A stretch of 64,000 bases of DNA, taken from the NCBI RefSeq assembly GCF_009914755.1, contig NC_060932.1; one strand, 5' to 3'. How positions within the stretch are numbered: the stretch's first letter is position 1; each line of letters starts with the position of its first letter. The position numbers and the translations under genes were made by a program. Positions 1 to 14,342 of this stretch are shown here, piece by piece. The stretch comes from the human T2T-CHM13v2.0 reference genome, Homo sapiens. A model generated the notes under the pieces. That model was not told the origin of the DNA, searched no databases, and saw only the letters and a program-made list of their open reading frames with translations.

Positions 1-1129
1 TGTTTTTTTTCAAAAATTTTTTAGGTATTGTAGAGTCTCATTTTAGTGCCTTTTATATTTGACTTATTTGAAAAATTTGAAATCCAGGTATATAATATAT
101 GGCAATTCCTATAAGCCACAATATTTAATTATTATAATCTCATTACTCAGAATTCTGAATAAACAGGATTTTACTTTTAGACCTTTCTTTTATGGTAGTA
201 TTACCATAAGCTAGATTACAAAAGCAAGTAATGGGATCTTCTCTGTCAGTATTTGAAAAACATCTATTCCCATTTAGATATGCCATGAATATCTCAGGTC
301 TCATAACTCTAAGATATTCATCCTTTAAAATAATTTTAAATGCTAAAAGTTGTAATATGTTAAACCAATAGGGTGTTCCATAAAATGTTCTGTTTTATCG
401 ACCTTTAGCCATATTTACCTACCTATAACCTTTATAAAGCAATAAATAACTGCAAGCACAGAACATGAACAACAAATCCCAAGACCAGCTTATTGAAATG
501 TAACTTTGTCTTTAAAGAATCTGCTGTGCCATTTACCTTTTGAAAATAAAGGCCAAAAAGGACAAACAAAGCTTCAGAAATGGAAGCTCTGATATTAAAG
601 GTACTTGAGTGTGGCGGATATATCTTTATTCATGAGAATGCATGTTTTCACTGGTGGTGCTCTTTTGTAATTGCCTGATTTAATAAATGGGTCAGAATAC
701 CTGAGATAAATCTGCAAACTGTTGAATACACTTGCCAATTACTGAATTTTAAAACAATTGGCATCGTAAAATTTTATGCAACCTTCTTTGATATGTGGTA
801 CAGCTAATTTCTTTTTGAGGTACGAGGACTTTTTATTTTCTCCCAGACAATTGATTAAAATATTTGTAGTGTCTTTAAATAATGAAACAGCCTTTTAACA
901 CAGTGATCTTTTATTGCTGAAAAATGAGAAATCTAACCCTATCAGAAATCACTGCAGCTTATAATCAAAAGAAACAATATAAAACAAAAATATCCTCGCC
1001 ATACTTGGCAATGCTTCCTCTATTTAGCTAATGAAATCTTTAAGCAAAAAGAGGTTTTTTAATTTTAATTTTTATCAGCTTTATTGAAGTATAATTGACA
1101 TAAAACAAACAGCATATATTTAAGTGCAT

Positions 1130-1226
1130 AAAAATATATAATAGTCCATAGTAATATATTGTACATTTAAAAGTTTGCTAAGAGGGTAGGTCTCATGTTG
1201 TGCTCTTACCACAATAAAGTAAAAAA
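1130..1226 (+). mobile_element. Very short L1MA/L1MB-type 3' end
   Basis: tttgctaagagggtaggtctcatgttgtgctcttaccacaataaa plus A-tail; flanked by aagtgcata/aagtgtata direct repeats. Confidence 0.6.
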
Positions 1227-1328
1227 AAGTGTATAGGTTTTGATGTATGCATACCCCTGTAAAACCATCACCACAAGCTAGATGATAAACATGTCCATTA
1301 CCTCCAAAAGTTTCCTCATGCTTCTTTT

Positions 1329-1626
1329 TATTCGTTTATTTAAATTTCAGATTCAGGGGGTACATGTGCAGGTTTGTTACATGGGTATATTGTGTGATGC
1401 TGAGGTTTGGGCTTCTAATGAGCTAGTCACCCAAGTAATGAGCATAGTACTCAATAGGTAATTTTTCAACCCTTCCCCCACTCCTACCCTCCCCACTTTT
1501 GGAATCTCCAAAGTTTATTGTTCTCATTTTTGTGTCCATGTGTACTCACCGTTTAGCTCTTACTTACAAGTCAGAATATGTGGTATCTGGTTTTCTATTT
1601 CTGTATTAATTTCGCTTTGGATAATG
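1329..1626 (-). mobile_element. 5'-truncated L1PA15/16-like 3' end
   Basis: gggtacatgtgcaggtttgttacatgggtatattgtgtgatgctgaggtttggg motif; TSD ctcatgcttctttt (1315-1328) / ctcatgcctctttt (1627-1640). Confidence 0.8.
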
Positions 1627-2447
1627 CTCATGCCTCTTTTTAATTCTTCCTACTTCCCCTTCCCCAGCGCAGGTAACCACTGATCTGCTTTCTGTCACTA
1701 TATATTAGTTTGCATTTTCTAAAATTTTATATAAATGAAATTATGCACAGAGTATTTACTCTTTTATTGTTTGGCTTTTTTTTTTTTTTTTTACTTTTTT
1801 ATTCTGGGATTCATTCATGTTGCTGTATGTATCCATTACTTTTCATTCCTGAAGAATGGATGTACTACATTTGCTGATCCACTCTCCTGCTGATGGCGCA
1901 TTTGCATAATTTCCAGTTTTTGGCTATTACAAATAAAAGTGCTGTAAATAGTTGTATACAAATTTTTCTATGGTTCCATTCAAACATATGTTTTCACTTT
2001 TCTTGTGTAAATACCTAGGAGTGAAATGGCTGGATCATACAGTAGATGTGTGTTTAACTTTTTAAGAAGCTGTCCAAATTTTTTCCAGAGTGGCTGAGCC
2101 ACTTCAATTTCCACTAGTGGTGAATGACAATTCCAGTTGTTCCACATCCTCACCAATACCTGGTATGGTCAGTTATTTTCATTGTAGACTCACTGTTGGG
2201 TGGTCAGTAGTATCTCATTGTGGTGTTAATTTGCACTTACTTAATGACTAATGATATTAAGCATCTTTTAATATGCTCATTTCCTATTCATATATTTCTT
2301 TGATGAAGTATCTGTTCTTTTTTTTTTTAATGGGTTGTTTTCTTATTATTGAGTTTTGAGAGTTCTTTTTATATTCTAAGTCCCATATCAGATATGTGAT
2401 TTGCGCATATTACATTTCATTTTATTGTTTTCTCTTATGGATTGTGC

Positions 2448-2749
<302 letters not shown>

Positions 2750-3759
2750 CTATATTGTTATTTAGAAGTTTTTTAGTTTTGAGGTTTTACATTAAATATT
2801 TGATCCATTTTGACTTAATTTTTGTATATGGTAAAGAGTATGAATCAGAGTAGGCTTTTTATATATGCATAGTCAAGTGTTTCAGAAACATTTGTTGAAA
2901 ACAATTATCCTTTTTCCATTGCATTGCCTTTGGACCTTTGTCAAAAATGTTGCCTATGCACTTATGGATTTATTTCTGGACTCTCTATTCTGTTCCATTG
3001 ATCTGTTTGTCTGTCTTTATGCCAATTCTGTACTATCTTGAGTACCATCATGCCCTGAAATCAGATAGTATTTGTCTTCCAACTTTGTTCTTCTTTAGTT
3101 GGTTACCCAGGTATTATGGCAGAGAATAGAAAACATCTCTCAGTTATTCTAGTTGGTCCTGAGAAGATGGAATCAAAAATTCAGTTCAAGATGGCTCTGT
3201 GAGGGATGTGGTCACAGGTAATATATGGTGATGTTTTATTACTTGTATCTTGGACTTTGTTGAACATAGACCATGTTTCAATTATTGTGGCTGGAACCCA
3301 CATTAGTCCAGTTCTTGATAAATACTAATTACTGTAGTATAGATACATGACAAGTAAGTGCTGAGTATAACTTTCAGAAGTTACCTTTGTCTTTTGAGTC
3401 CCTGATGCATCTAGAAAGAAACTTGAGGGAGTTTTAATGCAAAACTCCATTAAAAATTCAATAGGATTGAGGACTATTTAGTAACATGAAATGACATGTT
3501 TATAAATGAGAAACATAGCTAATCTTCTTATCCAATTATCTGCAACAATCCTCAGTAGTCTTTCCCATCCTTTCAGCCCAACCATTAGCTTGAGACCATG
3601 CCTGTGAGAAGTGATTAAAAAGTGGGTTGTTTCTATGACATACTGAGTAGGTACTATTAACTCTAGGTCTTTTCCTTTTTGCGAAAGTGATATTGTCAAT
3701 ATACTCTACCTCAGTTGAGTGTGAAAAATTTACGAATAGGAAATTCTCTCGAAGCTAGA

Positions 3760-4345
3760 CAGCATTATAACTGAGAGCCTAAACTTTGGATTCAGATGAA
3801 CTGGCTTTAAATATTGACTCTGCCTTGTAGTAGCTATCTGGCTTTGCTTCTGTTACCAAATATCTCTAAATTTCAGTTTATCACTTGGAAATTGAAGATA
3901 CTACGGTGAGTGCTTGTTAGGATTGTTACAAACATTTACATTAGATAATGTTTATAAAACACTTGGACCATATGCACCTGTATGCAGGTACTGTTATGCA
4001 CTAGGTCAAGGATTCCCAAACTTGCCTGCACAGTAGCATTACTTGGGACCTTAAAAAAAATTTTAAAGCACAATCACTTGGGATGAGACACAGAGATCAA
4101 CATATTTTGAAACTCCTCAGGAAAATCCAATGTGCACACAACTTGGGAATCATTACCCTAGGTGATTTATATAAATTACCTTAATTTTATAACACTCTAT
4201 AATTTATACTTTACTTCCATTTTATAGATGAGAAAACTGAGGTTCACACTGAGTGTGTTGAGTAAAGTCATACAGCAAATAGAGCTTAAAAGATTCAAAC
4301 TCAGGTTGTCTGACCTCAAAATCCCTGCTTTTAACTATTATGCTG
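3760..4345. mobile_element. MIR fragments split by a MER5-type hAT MITE (about 4007-4155)
   Basis: MIR core cattttatagatgagaaaactgagg; MER5-like termini with 8 bp flanks cactaggt/ccctaggt. Confidence 0.6.
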
Positions 4346-6249
4346 TATTTCTTTAAGCAAGGTTCTTAGAAATTCAATTTTTAGAAAATGCAATCTATAG
4401 CCAAAATTATATTGTAAATATTTGGCCCAGATTTGTGACTAAAGAAATGAGAGAATTGGAAACATTTTGATGCCATTTGTGAAGGAGTCTATCATAACCC
4501 ATTAATATAATCTAACAAAATCAATGAAAATTCATGATCAGGGTTTCAGTATTAGTATCCTGGAGTAAACTCTGGTAGATTACACAATGTAGCTTTATAT
4601 GCGCTTTATATTTTTTTTCCAGTCCTTGCAGTAGTCAAACAAAGTCCAAGCCACTAGTCAGAGCTTCTACCCAGTGTTTTCCTGAGAATAATTCCCAGAT
4701 GTGCTGCATGTACAATAGCCAAGATAACCTGATGACTAGTTTTTGGAATACTACTCTGTTTGCTATAAAATGCATTCCTATGGGCATGTAATTTACTCCC
4801 TACACACCTAATTTAAGATATAGATGAACCAACATCACAGTTCTAGTGGGAACACTATGACAGGCTTTGGTATCTAAGTGGCAGATGGCTCTGAACATCA
4901 CCATTGGCTATTGCTCTCCCAGGCTTATAAACAAGTTACATGAACTGAGCAAAAAATGACACTTCTGCATACATGATGACATAATTATGGGTGTAAACCT
5001 AATCTTAGAGAAGAATCCCAAAAGAGCTTATGTCAGTACAAATTGTAAAGACATTACCATAAGGGTATTTTTTGGATTTCTTTACTTCCATAGCAATTGC
5101 AAAGAACTCAATGTTATTTGACAGCAATTCTATTATTGTGAGAACTTTCTGCTTAAGTAGTAGGCAACTATTCTTCAGTCCTACCTGGCATTTTGAGGCT
5201 GAGGACTCTCCAGACTTCATCCACTGAAAGAACAGTGGTTTGTTTTCAATGTAACACACTGATGCAAATCAAGAAGTTAATAATACTTTGACATTATGAA
5301 AAGTGTTTTCCCACAAGATAGCTCCAAAACTACCAGATGTTATTTTCCAGGAGGCAATAAAATACTCAGCAAGGTTGATTTTTGTTTTAATTTAAGATTT
5401 TCTTTTTTTACAAAGGGGAAACAGTTTATTTTCGTCTTATGTTTATAAAAATATTACCTACTCTTTGTAAAATATCCAAGCCATACAAAAAGATATAATG
5501 AAGAAAAAATCACCTGATATCTCACTATGCAGTGAGAACCTCTAGGTATGTAGGTGTTCCTCTCTCCATCCTATCCTCCCCCCTTCCTATTATCTATCTA
5601 TTTATCTACCATATTTGTCTAAAAAAAGTCAATATATACACATGCATGGGGAAAAAACCTAATGTTAGATAATGACATAAAACAAAAAGCAAAGTTCCCT
5701 TCTCTGTTCTTTTCCATTCCTAAACCAGTTTTCCAGAGGTTAAATGTTTGTTTTCTCACAATTATTTACACAGATGACTCCAAATAACATGATTTTACTG
5801 ACATTTTCTTGGTTTATCAACTTTGGATATCATTTGTTGGCTCCCAGCTACAGAGAGTAAAGATTTAGTTCACTCATTTACTTCCTATTTCTTTTTCCTT
5901 ACTATCAGTTTTAATAATTATATCACTATTTTGATTTCTATTTGTTACTTTCTAGCTTTAAATATTATACTGAAATTGCTACTGATTATTCCATCAACTG
6001 TCAAATTTATCTCTACACTTTTCATGTGAGTAAGATGATATTAACATTAGTATTTAAACTTCCACCTCTCTTGCCCATTTTTCAAGTCTCACTTTTTAGA
6101 TTTATCATATTTATTTATTTTTCTTCTGCAAGAATCTAAAATGAAGAGACCTTCATTAAACCCTTCTCTTCATTACATCCAACCTGTGTAATATAATTCC
6201 GCTAAGCCTTGGTAGTGAGTTACATTTTCATTTTCTTAAAAGTATCTTT

Positions 6250-7290
6250 GGATTAGCAGAAGTTTCTAATTTTGATAAAGTCCATTTTATAATTTTTTTT
6301 CTTTTATAGTTGGTGCTTTTTATATATCAAAGATCATTGCCTATTCCATGACTGCAAAGATATTCTTTATGCTTCCTTCTAGGAACTTTACAATTTTCTC
6401 TTTTATTTTTAGATTAACAGTCCACTTAAGGCTAATTTTTTTAAAGATAGGGTCTCACTACATTGCCCAACTAGTCTTGCATTCCTGGATTCAAGCAATC
6501 CTGCCAACTGGACCCCCTAAAGCTCTGAGATTACAAGCATGAGCCACTGAGCCTGGCTCTGGTAAAATTTTAATACATTGTGATATACAGGTCAGAATAT
6601 ACAGATATGCAGTTGTTCCAGCATCATTTACTGAAAAGATTTTCTTTCCCCTATTGAATTGCCAATATATTTGTCAATTGGCTGAATATATGGGAAGGTC
6701 TACTTCTGGATTTTTTATTCTGTTTAATTCATCTATTGGCCTTTTCTTAAGCAAATAACACACTGTCTTAATTACTGTAGTGCTATAATAAGTCTTAAAA
6801 TCAGTTATCCTAAGTCCTCCAACATTTTTCTTTTACTTTTTTCAAGATTTTGACTATCTTAGGTCCTTGCATTTGCATATAACATAACATTTCATGTTAG
6901 ATTATTAATTTCCACCAAGAACCCATTCTGAGTTAGAAGTACGTCAATCTTACCGATCACTTAGGGGAGAAGAACAGCTTTACAATATTGAGTCTTGCAA
7001 CCAACCAAGTGCATGACATATACATACATTTATTAAGCTTCTTAATTTCTTTTTTTCTGTTTCGTGGTTTTCAAAGTGGAGATCCTTTATACCTTTTCTT
7101 AAACTTATACATTTTTATATTTTTGACACTATTATAAAGGGTATATATTTTTAAATGTTATTTTCCAATTATTCATTGAAACAATATAGAAATACTGACT
7201 TTGTATCTTACAGCCTTGCTGAATACACTTACTGGACTAATAGATTTTTGGAGACATATAGAACCATGTTGTCTGTGAATAAAATCAGTT
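6250..7290 (-). mobile_element. Old L1M ORF2 fragment
   Basis: Antisense L1 motifs gcagaagtttctaattttgataaagtcc and gttgttccagcatcatttactgaaaaga. Confidence 0.65.
6436..6558 (-). mobile_element. FLAM / Alu left monomer
   Basis: gatagggtctcactacattgccc...gattacaagcatgagccactgagcctggc. Confidence 0.8.
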
Positions 7291-7920
7291 TCATTTCTGC
7301 TTTTCCAATCTTTAGTCTTCATTTACCCATTTCTTTATATGTTATATCCATCTTTTCCTGTAGATGTTTTAACATATTTGTCATAGTTATTTTAAAGTCT
7401 CTTTCTGCTAATTCTAACACCTAGGTCCTTGGTTGGTCACCTTCTATTTAGTATAAGTCACATTTTCCCATTTCATCACATGTCTAGTAATTTTTTTTGT
7501 TATGCTTTGAGTAATAGATTGCAGAGACTCTCGATCTTCCTCTGAAAAGTGGTGAAGTCTTGTTCTAGCAGGCAGTTAAATTACAGATAGATTGCTTTTA
7601 ACTGGGGGAGGTCTGGTTTTCTCCTGTCAAGACAAGTCTATGTTTCAGTCTTGATGCTCTTTTGATGCATGTAGTCTCTATTCCTAATTCAATGGAAAGC
7701 CTGAAGTGTTTACCAAGCCCTTCTAACTTGGCTAGACTTAAACTCCAAAATTTCTCTTACCTGTGGTGGGCAGCCAAAACTCTCGGCTTAGCTCCTTGAA
7801 CCCTTCCCAGCGTTATCTTCTGCTAGGCTCCTGAGGTTCTCACTGGCACAATCGCAGTTGAGTCATTTGGCCGTTGATTTTGTTTTTACTGTAGAATCAA
7901 AATAACAACAACAACAACAA

Positions 7921-10900
7921 AAGCTGTAATAAAAAGTCTCCCAGCAAAGAAAAGCCCTGAGCCCAATGGCTTCACTGCTGAATTTTGCCAAACATTTAAA
8001 TAAGAATTAATACCAATCCTACTCAAATTATTCAAAAAACCCAAGAAAGAAATCCTTCCAAGCTCATTCTATGAGGCCAGTATTACCCTGATACCAAAAC
8101 CAAAGACATGTCAAAAAAAGAAAACTATACCCAATGTCCCTGATAAACATTGATGCAAAAATACTCAACAAAATACTAGTTTCACTCGAGTCCCTGTGAA
8201 GAGACCACCAAACAGGCTTTGTGTGAGCAATAAAGCTTTTAATCACCTGGGTGCAGGCAGGCTGAGTCCAAAAAGAGAGTCAGCGAAGGGAGATAAGGGT
8301 GGGGCCGTATTATAGGATTTGGGTAGATAAAGGAAAATTACAGTCAAAGGGGATTTGTTCTCTGGCGGGCAGGAGTGGGGGTCGAAAGGTGCTCAGTGGG
8401 GGAGCTTTTTGAGCCGGGATGAGCCAGGAAAAGGACTTTCACAAGGTAATGTCATCCGTTAAGGCAAGGACCGGCCATTTTCACTTCTTTTGTGGTGGAA
8501 TGTCATCAGTTAAGGCGGGGCAGGGCATTTTCACTTCTTTTGTGATTCTTCAGTTACTTCAGGCCATCTGGGCGTATACGTGCAAGTCACAGGGGATGTG
8601 ATGGCTTGGCTTGGGCTCAGAGGCCTGACAACTAGCACATTTAATTAAACAAGGTATTAAAAAGATCATTCAACATGATCAAGTGGGATTTATCCCAGGG
8701 ATGCAAGAATGGTTCAATATATGCAAACCAATGAGATACATCACATCAACAGAATGAAGGACAAAAACCATATGAGCATTTCAATTGAAGCTGAAAAAGC
8801 ATTTGAAAAAATTCAACATTCCTTTACCAAAAAAAGCCTCAAAAAACTGGGTATAAAAGGAACATACCTCAATATAATAAAAGCCATATATGACATAACG
8901 GACATAACAGACCCACAGCTAGTATCATACAGAATGGGAAAAAACTGAAAGCCTTTCCTCTAAGTTCTAGAATATGACAAGGGTGCCCAGTATTGCCACT
9001 GTTATTCGACATAGTACTGGAAGTCCTAGCTAGATAAATCAGACAAGAGAAGGAAATAAAGGGCATCAAATTGGAAAGGAAAACGTCAAATTATTCTTTT
9101 GCAGAGGATATGATTTTATATTTGGAAAAACCTAAAGGCTCCACCAAAAAACTATTAGAACTGATAAATAAATTCATAAAGTTGCAGGATACAAAATCAA
9201 CATAGAAAAACCAACAGCATTTCTATTATGTATGTCAACAGTGAACAATCTGAAAAAGAAATCAAGAAAGTGATCCCATTTAAAATAACTACAATAAAAT
9301 AAAATACCTAAGAATAAACTTAACCACAGAAATGAAAGATTTCTACAATGGCAACTATAAAACTTTGATGCAAGAAATTAGAGAAGATGCTGAAAACATA
9401 GAAAGATATTCCATGTTCATGGATTGGAATAATCAATATTATATTGTTAAAATGTTCATACTACCTAAACCAATCTACAGATTCACTGCATACCCTATCA
9501 AAATACCAAGGACATTCTTCACAGAAATAGAAAACAATCCTAAAATTTATACGGACCCATAAAGACCCAGAATAACCAAAGCCATTCTGAGCAAAAAGAG
9601 CAAAACTCACATGACTGAGCTCAAATTATACTACAGAATTACAGTAACCAAAACAGCATGGTACTGGCATAAAAATAGATATGTAGAACAATGGAACAGA
9701 AGAGACAAACAAAAAACAAATCCATACATCTACCATGAACTCATTTTCAACAAAGGTGCCAAAAACATACATTGGCAAAAGAATAATCTCTTCAATAAAT
9801 GGTGCTGGGAAGACTGGACATCAACATGCAGAAGAATAAAACTAGACTCCTATCTCTCACCATGTACAAAAATCAAATCAAAATGGATTAAAGACAAATT
9901 TATGACCTCAAAACTATGAAACTACTAAAAGAAAACATTGGGGGAAACTCTCTAGGACATTGGTTTGGGCAAATATTTCTTGTGTAATACCCTACAAGCA
10001 CAGGCAAGCAAAGCAAAAATGGAAAATAGGATGCATAAAGTTAGAAAGCTTCTGCACAGCAAAAGAAGCAATCAACAAAGTAAAGAGAGAACCCAGACAA
10101 TGGGAAAAATATTGGCATATTATCCATCTGACAAAGGATTAATAACCAGATGTATAAGGAGCTCAAACAACTCTATAGGAAAAAATCTAATAATCAGATT
10201 AAAAAATGGGCAAAAGATATGAAGAGACATTTTTCAAAATAAGACAAATAGCAAGGAGGTATATGAAAAGGTGCTCAACATTGTTGATAATCAGAGAAAT
10301 GCAAATCAAAACTACAGTGAGATATTATCTCATGCCCATTAAAATGGCTTATATCCAAAAGAAAGGCAATAACAAATGCTGGTGAGGATGTGGAGAAAGG
10401 GAACCCTCATACACTATTGATGGGAATGTACCACCACTATGGAGAATAGCTTGGAGGGTCCTCAAAAACCTAAAAATAGATCTATCATATGATCCAACAA
10501 TCACACTGCTAGGTATATACCCAAAAGAAAGGAAATCAATATAGCAAAGAGATATCTGCACACCCATGTTTATTGCAGCACTACTCACAATAGCCAAGAT
10601 GTGGAATCTAGGTAAGTGTCCACCAACACAAGAATGGATAAAGAAAATGTGGTACATATATACAGTGGAGTATTATTCAGCCATAAAAAAAGAGTGAGAT
10701 CCTATCATTTGGAATAACATGGATGGAACTTGAGGACATTATGTTAAGTGAAATAAGCCAGGCACAGAAAGACACACTTTGCATGTTCTCACTCATTTGC
10801 TGGAGCTAAAAATCAAAACAATTGAACTCATGGAGATAGAGAGTAGAATGATGTTGCCACATGCTGAGAAGGGTTGTGGGAGTGGGTAAGTGAGGCTGGT

Positions 10901-11173
10901 TAGTGGGTATGAAATATAGTTAGAATGCATAAGATCTAGTCTTTGACAGCATAACAGGGTGATTTTAGTCAACAATAATTTATTATAAATCTAAAAATAA
11001 CTAAAATAGTATAGTCGGAATGTTTGTAACACAAAGAAATGACAAATCCTTCAAGTGGTGTATACTCCATTTACCCCGATGTGATTATTACACATTGTAT
11101 GCCATATCAAAATATCTTAAGTAGCCCATAAATATATACACCTACTATGTATCCATAAACATTTTTAAAAAAA
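7921..11173 (+). mobile_element. 5'-truncated L1MA3-like LINE-1 (decayed ORF2 plus complete 3'UTR)
   Basis: ORF fragments 8709-8948, 9332-9562 and 9611-9919 match L1 ORF2p ([39 protein letters not shown]). L1MA-type 3'UTR ends cacctactatgtatccat plus A tail. Possible TSD aatcaaaat. Confidence 0.9.
8180..8630 (-). mobile_element. Solo LTR7 (HERV-H LTR) inserted into L1 ORF2
   Basis: 451 bp. Minus strand begins TGTCAGGCCTCTGAGCCCAAGC and ends ...GAGTGAAA; duplicated ttttcacttcttttgtg units; perfect 5 bp TSD ACTAG (8175-8179, 8631-8635). Confidence 0.95.
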
Positions 11174-11180
11174 TCAAAAT

Positions 11181-11702
11181 CTTAGGAGTAAATTTAACCA
11201 AGGAGGTAAAATATCTGTATACTAAAAACTATAGAAATAGAAGATGACACAAATAAAAGATATCTGGCGTTCATGAACTGGAAGAATTAAGATGTCCATA
11301 CTAACTAATGTGAGCTACAGATTCAATGCCACCCTATCAAAATTCGAACATCATTTTTTACAGAAATAGAAAAAAACAATCCTAAAATTCATATGGACCC
11401 AAAAAAGACCCTAAATACCCAAAGCAACTGAGCAAAAAGAACAAAGCTCGAGGCATCACACTACCTGATTTCAAAGTATATTACAAAGCTATTGTCATCA
11501 AAACAGCATGGTAATGGCATAAAAACACACACGTAGACCAATAAAACAGCATAGAAAGTCCAGAAATAAATCCATTCATTTACAGTCAATTTATTTTTGA
11601 TAAAGATGTCAAGAACACAGAATGGGAAAAGGACAGTATCTTTAATAAGTAATATTGGGAAAACTGGATCTTCATATGCAGAAGAATGAAATTGAACCCT
11701 TT
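11181..11702 (+). mobile_element. Second L1MA-type ORF2 fragment
   Basis: aaatttaaccaaggaggt...aaaacagcatggta...ggaaaactggat; paralogous to 9300-9850 but diverged. Confidence 0.8.
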
Positions 11703-11849
11703 CATGGATCATGAAGTAAATTTTTATGTGTGTTTAAATGAAATTCTTTATTTTCATTAATTTATTTAAAGATTACACATGTATTAGAGTTCTTTATTTT
11801 CTTTTCATAGGGAAATAATTATCTTTGCAAGGTAGTCTTAGATTTTTCA

Positions 11850-12420
11850 TTCAAGTATTTATTGCTAGGTAACAAATTACCTCAAACTTAATTGCTTAAA
11901 ACAAAAAATAGTTCATTTGTCCATGGTTCTGTGGATCAGGAAGTCAGGGATTGGCTACGTAGTTTTTCTTCTTCATGAGGTGTCTTGGTGTCTTGAGGGT
12001 GCTGGGATGGCTGGAGGTCTAACATAGTCTCACACATATGGTGGGAGATTTGCTGATTCCTGACTGAGGACTCAGCACTCAGCTGGAGCTGTCATCAGAG
12101 ACCTTGATTTTTCCCCACAGAGTTCTCTCCATGTGGCTGTCTGGGCTTCCCCAAAGCATAGTGGCTGAATTTACTGAAGGTGCATTATAAGCAGTAAAAA
12201 TAGAAGATGTATAACTTTTAAGGCCCAGGTTCAGAAGTCACAAAGCATAACATTTGCCATTGATCAAAATAGGTACTAAGACTAGTGCAAATTCAGTGGT
12301 AGAGAAACTAGGCAAAGCCCTCATGACTAATCACCTCTTAAAAGTCCCACTCCCAATACCATTACTGTGGCAATTAAATTTTAACATCAGTTTTGGTGAG
12401 GACATTCAAACCATAACAGT
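11850..12420 (-). mobile_element. MLT1-type MaLR LTR fragments
   Basis: attgctaggtaacaaattacctcaaacttaattgcttaaaaca start; ggacattcaaaccataaca end. Confidence 0.65.
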
Positions 12421-12448
12421 CATATTCCAAAAGAGCATGTCAAATGGG

Positions 12449-13398
12449 TATGTGTTATGATATATATACCCATTTATATATATAAATTAGAAGGCTGTGC
12501 AGAAGCCTTCTAACTTTATGGATCCCATTTGTCCATTTTTGCTTTGCTTGCCTGTGCTTATAGGGTATTACACAAGATACATACATACATATATATATAT
12601 ACACCTATATGTATATATAGGTTTTCATCTATAGCTCCTGGCTCCTAACCCCCATAGCCCTTGTTACAGTCATTTTTAAATAATGTTGGGTGTGTTAGAC
12701 CTCAGGGACAGGCCTATGACCTTCTCCTGCCCAACATTCACCTGCCCCAAGGCAGGACTCTACTCTTGCCCTGCCTTTCTGATTGTGAATCTTAAGGCCC
12801 TCCTCAGAGGGTCCTGCCCTACACCCTGGAGGAAGGAACGCTGATGTCATGAAGTTCCATAAAAACACAAGAAAACTTGGTTCAGAGAGCTTCAGGATAG
12901 CTGACCATGTGGGGGTTCCTGGAGAGTAGTGGGCCCAGGGAGGGCATGAAGCTCTACGTTCCTTCCCCATTCCTCACCCTACACATCTCTTCATCTGTAT
13001 CCCTTGTAGTCTCCTTTACAATAAACCAGCAAATGTACGTATGTGTTTCCCTGAGTTCTGTGAGCCATCCCAGCAAATTAATCGAACCCAAAGAGGGGGT
13101 CATGGGAACCCCAACTTGAAGCCAGTGGGTCAGAAGTTCCAGAAGCTCAGACTTGAGATTGGTGTCTGAAGGGAGCAGGTGCAGTCTTGTAAACTGAGAC
13201 CCCAGCCTGTGGGACCTGACACTGTCTCCAGGTAAACAGTGTCAGAATTGAATTGGAGGACACCTAGCTGGTGTCTGCTGCTTGGTGTTGGGAGGAGAAA
13301 CACACACACGTATTTGATCATGGCAGTCATCTGTGTTGATTGTTGTGGCTGGTGTGAGAGTAGAGGAAAGATGCGGTTTGAGAGTTTTTCCCAATATA
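12449..13398 (+). mobile_element. MER21-family LTR carrying an internal insertion
   Basis: tgtgttatgatatatata...ggttttcatc...ccatagcccttgttacagtc and gaacccaaagagggggtcatgggaaccc motifs; flanked by atggg repeats (12444, 13399). Confidence 0.75.
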
Positions 13399-13558
13399 AT
13401 GGGTGCTATTGTAATGCTCTTTGGAAACACAGTCCACTCATGCTATCTAATGTTCTTCCTAGTTTACTAAAAACTTTTTATTTTGAAAAATCTCAAAATA
13501 TATAATAATAGAGAAAACAGTATAATGTACACCATGTATGTGTTCTGTGTTTTCTTAG

Positions 13559-13913
<355 letters not shown>

Positions 13914-13931
13914 CCAGACCAACTTTCTTAA

Positions 13932-14342
<411 letters not shown>

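Noticed and set aside
8709-10222. ORFs resembling reverse transcriptase / L1 ORF2p
   Set aside because: Frameshifted, stop-ridden pieces of an old 5'-truncated L1 interrupted by LTR7; not a functional gene.
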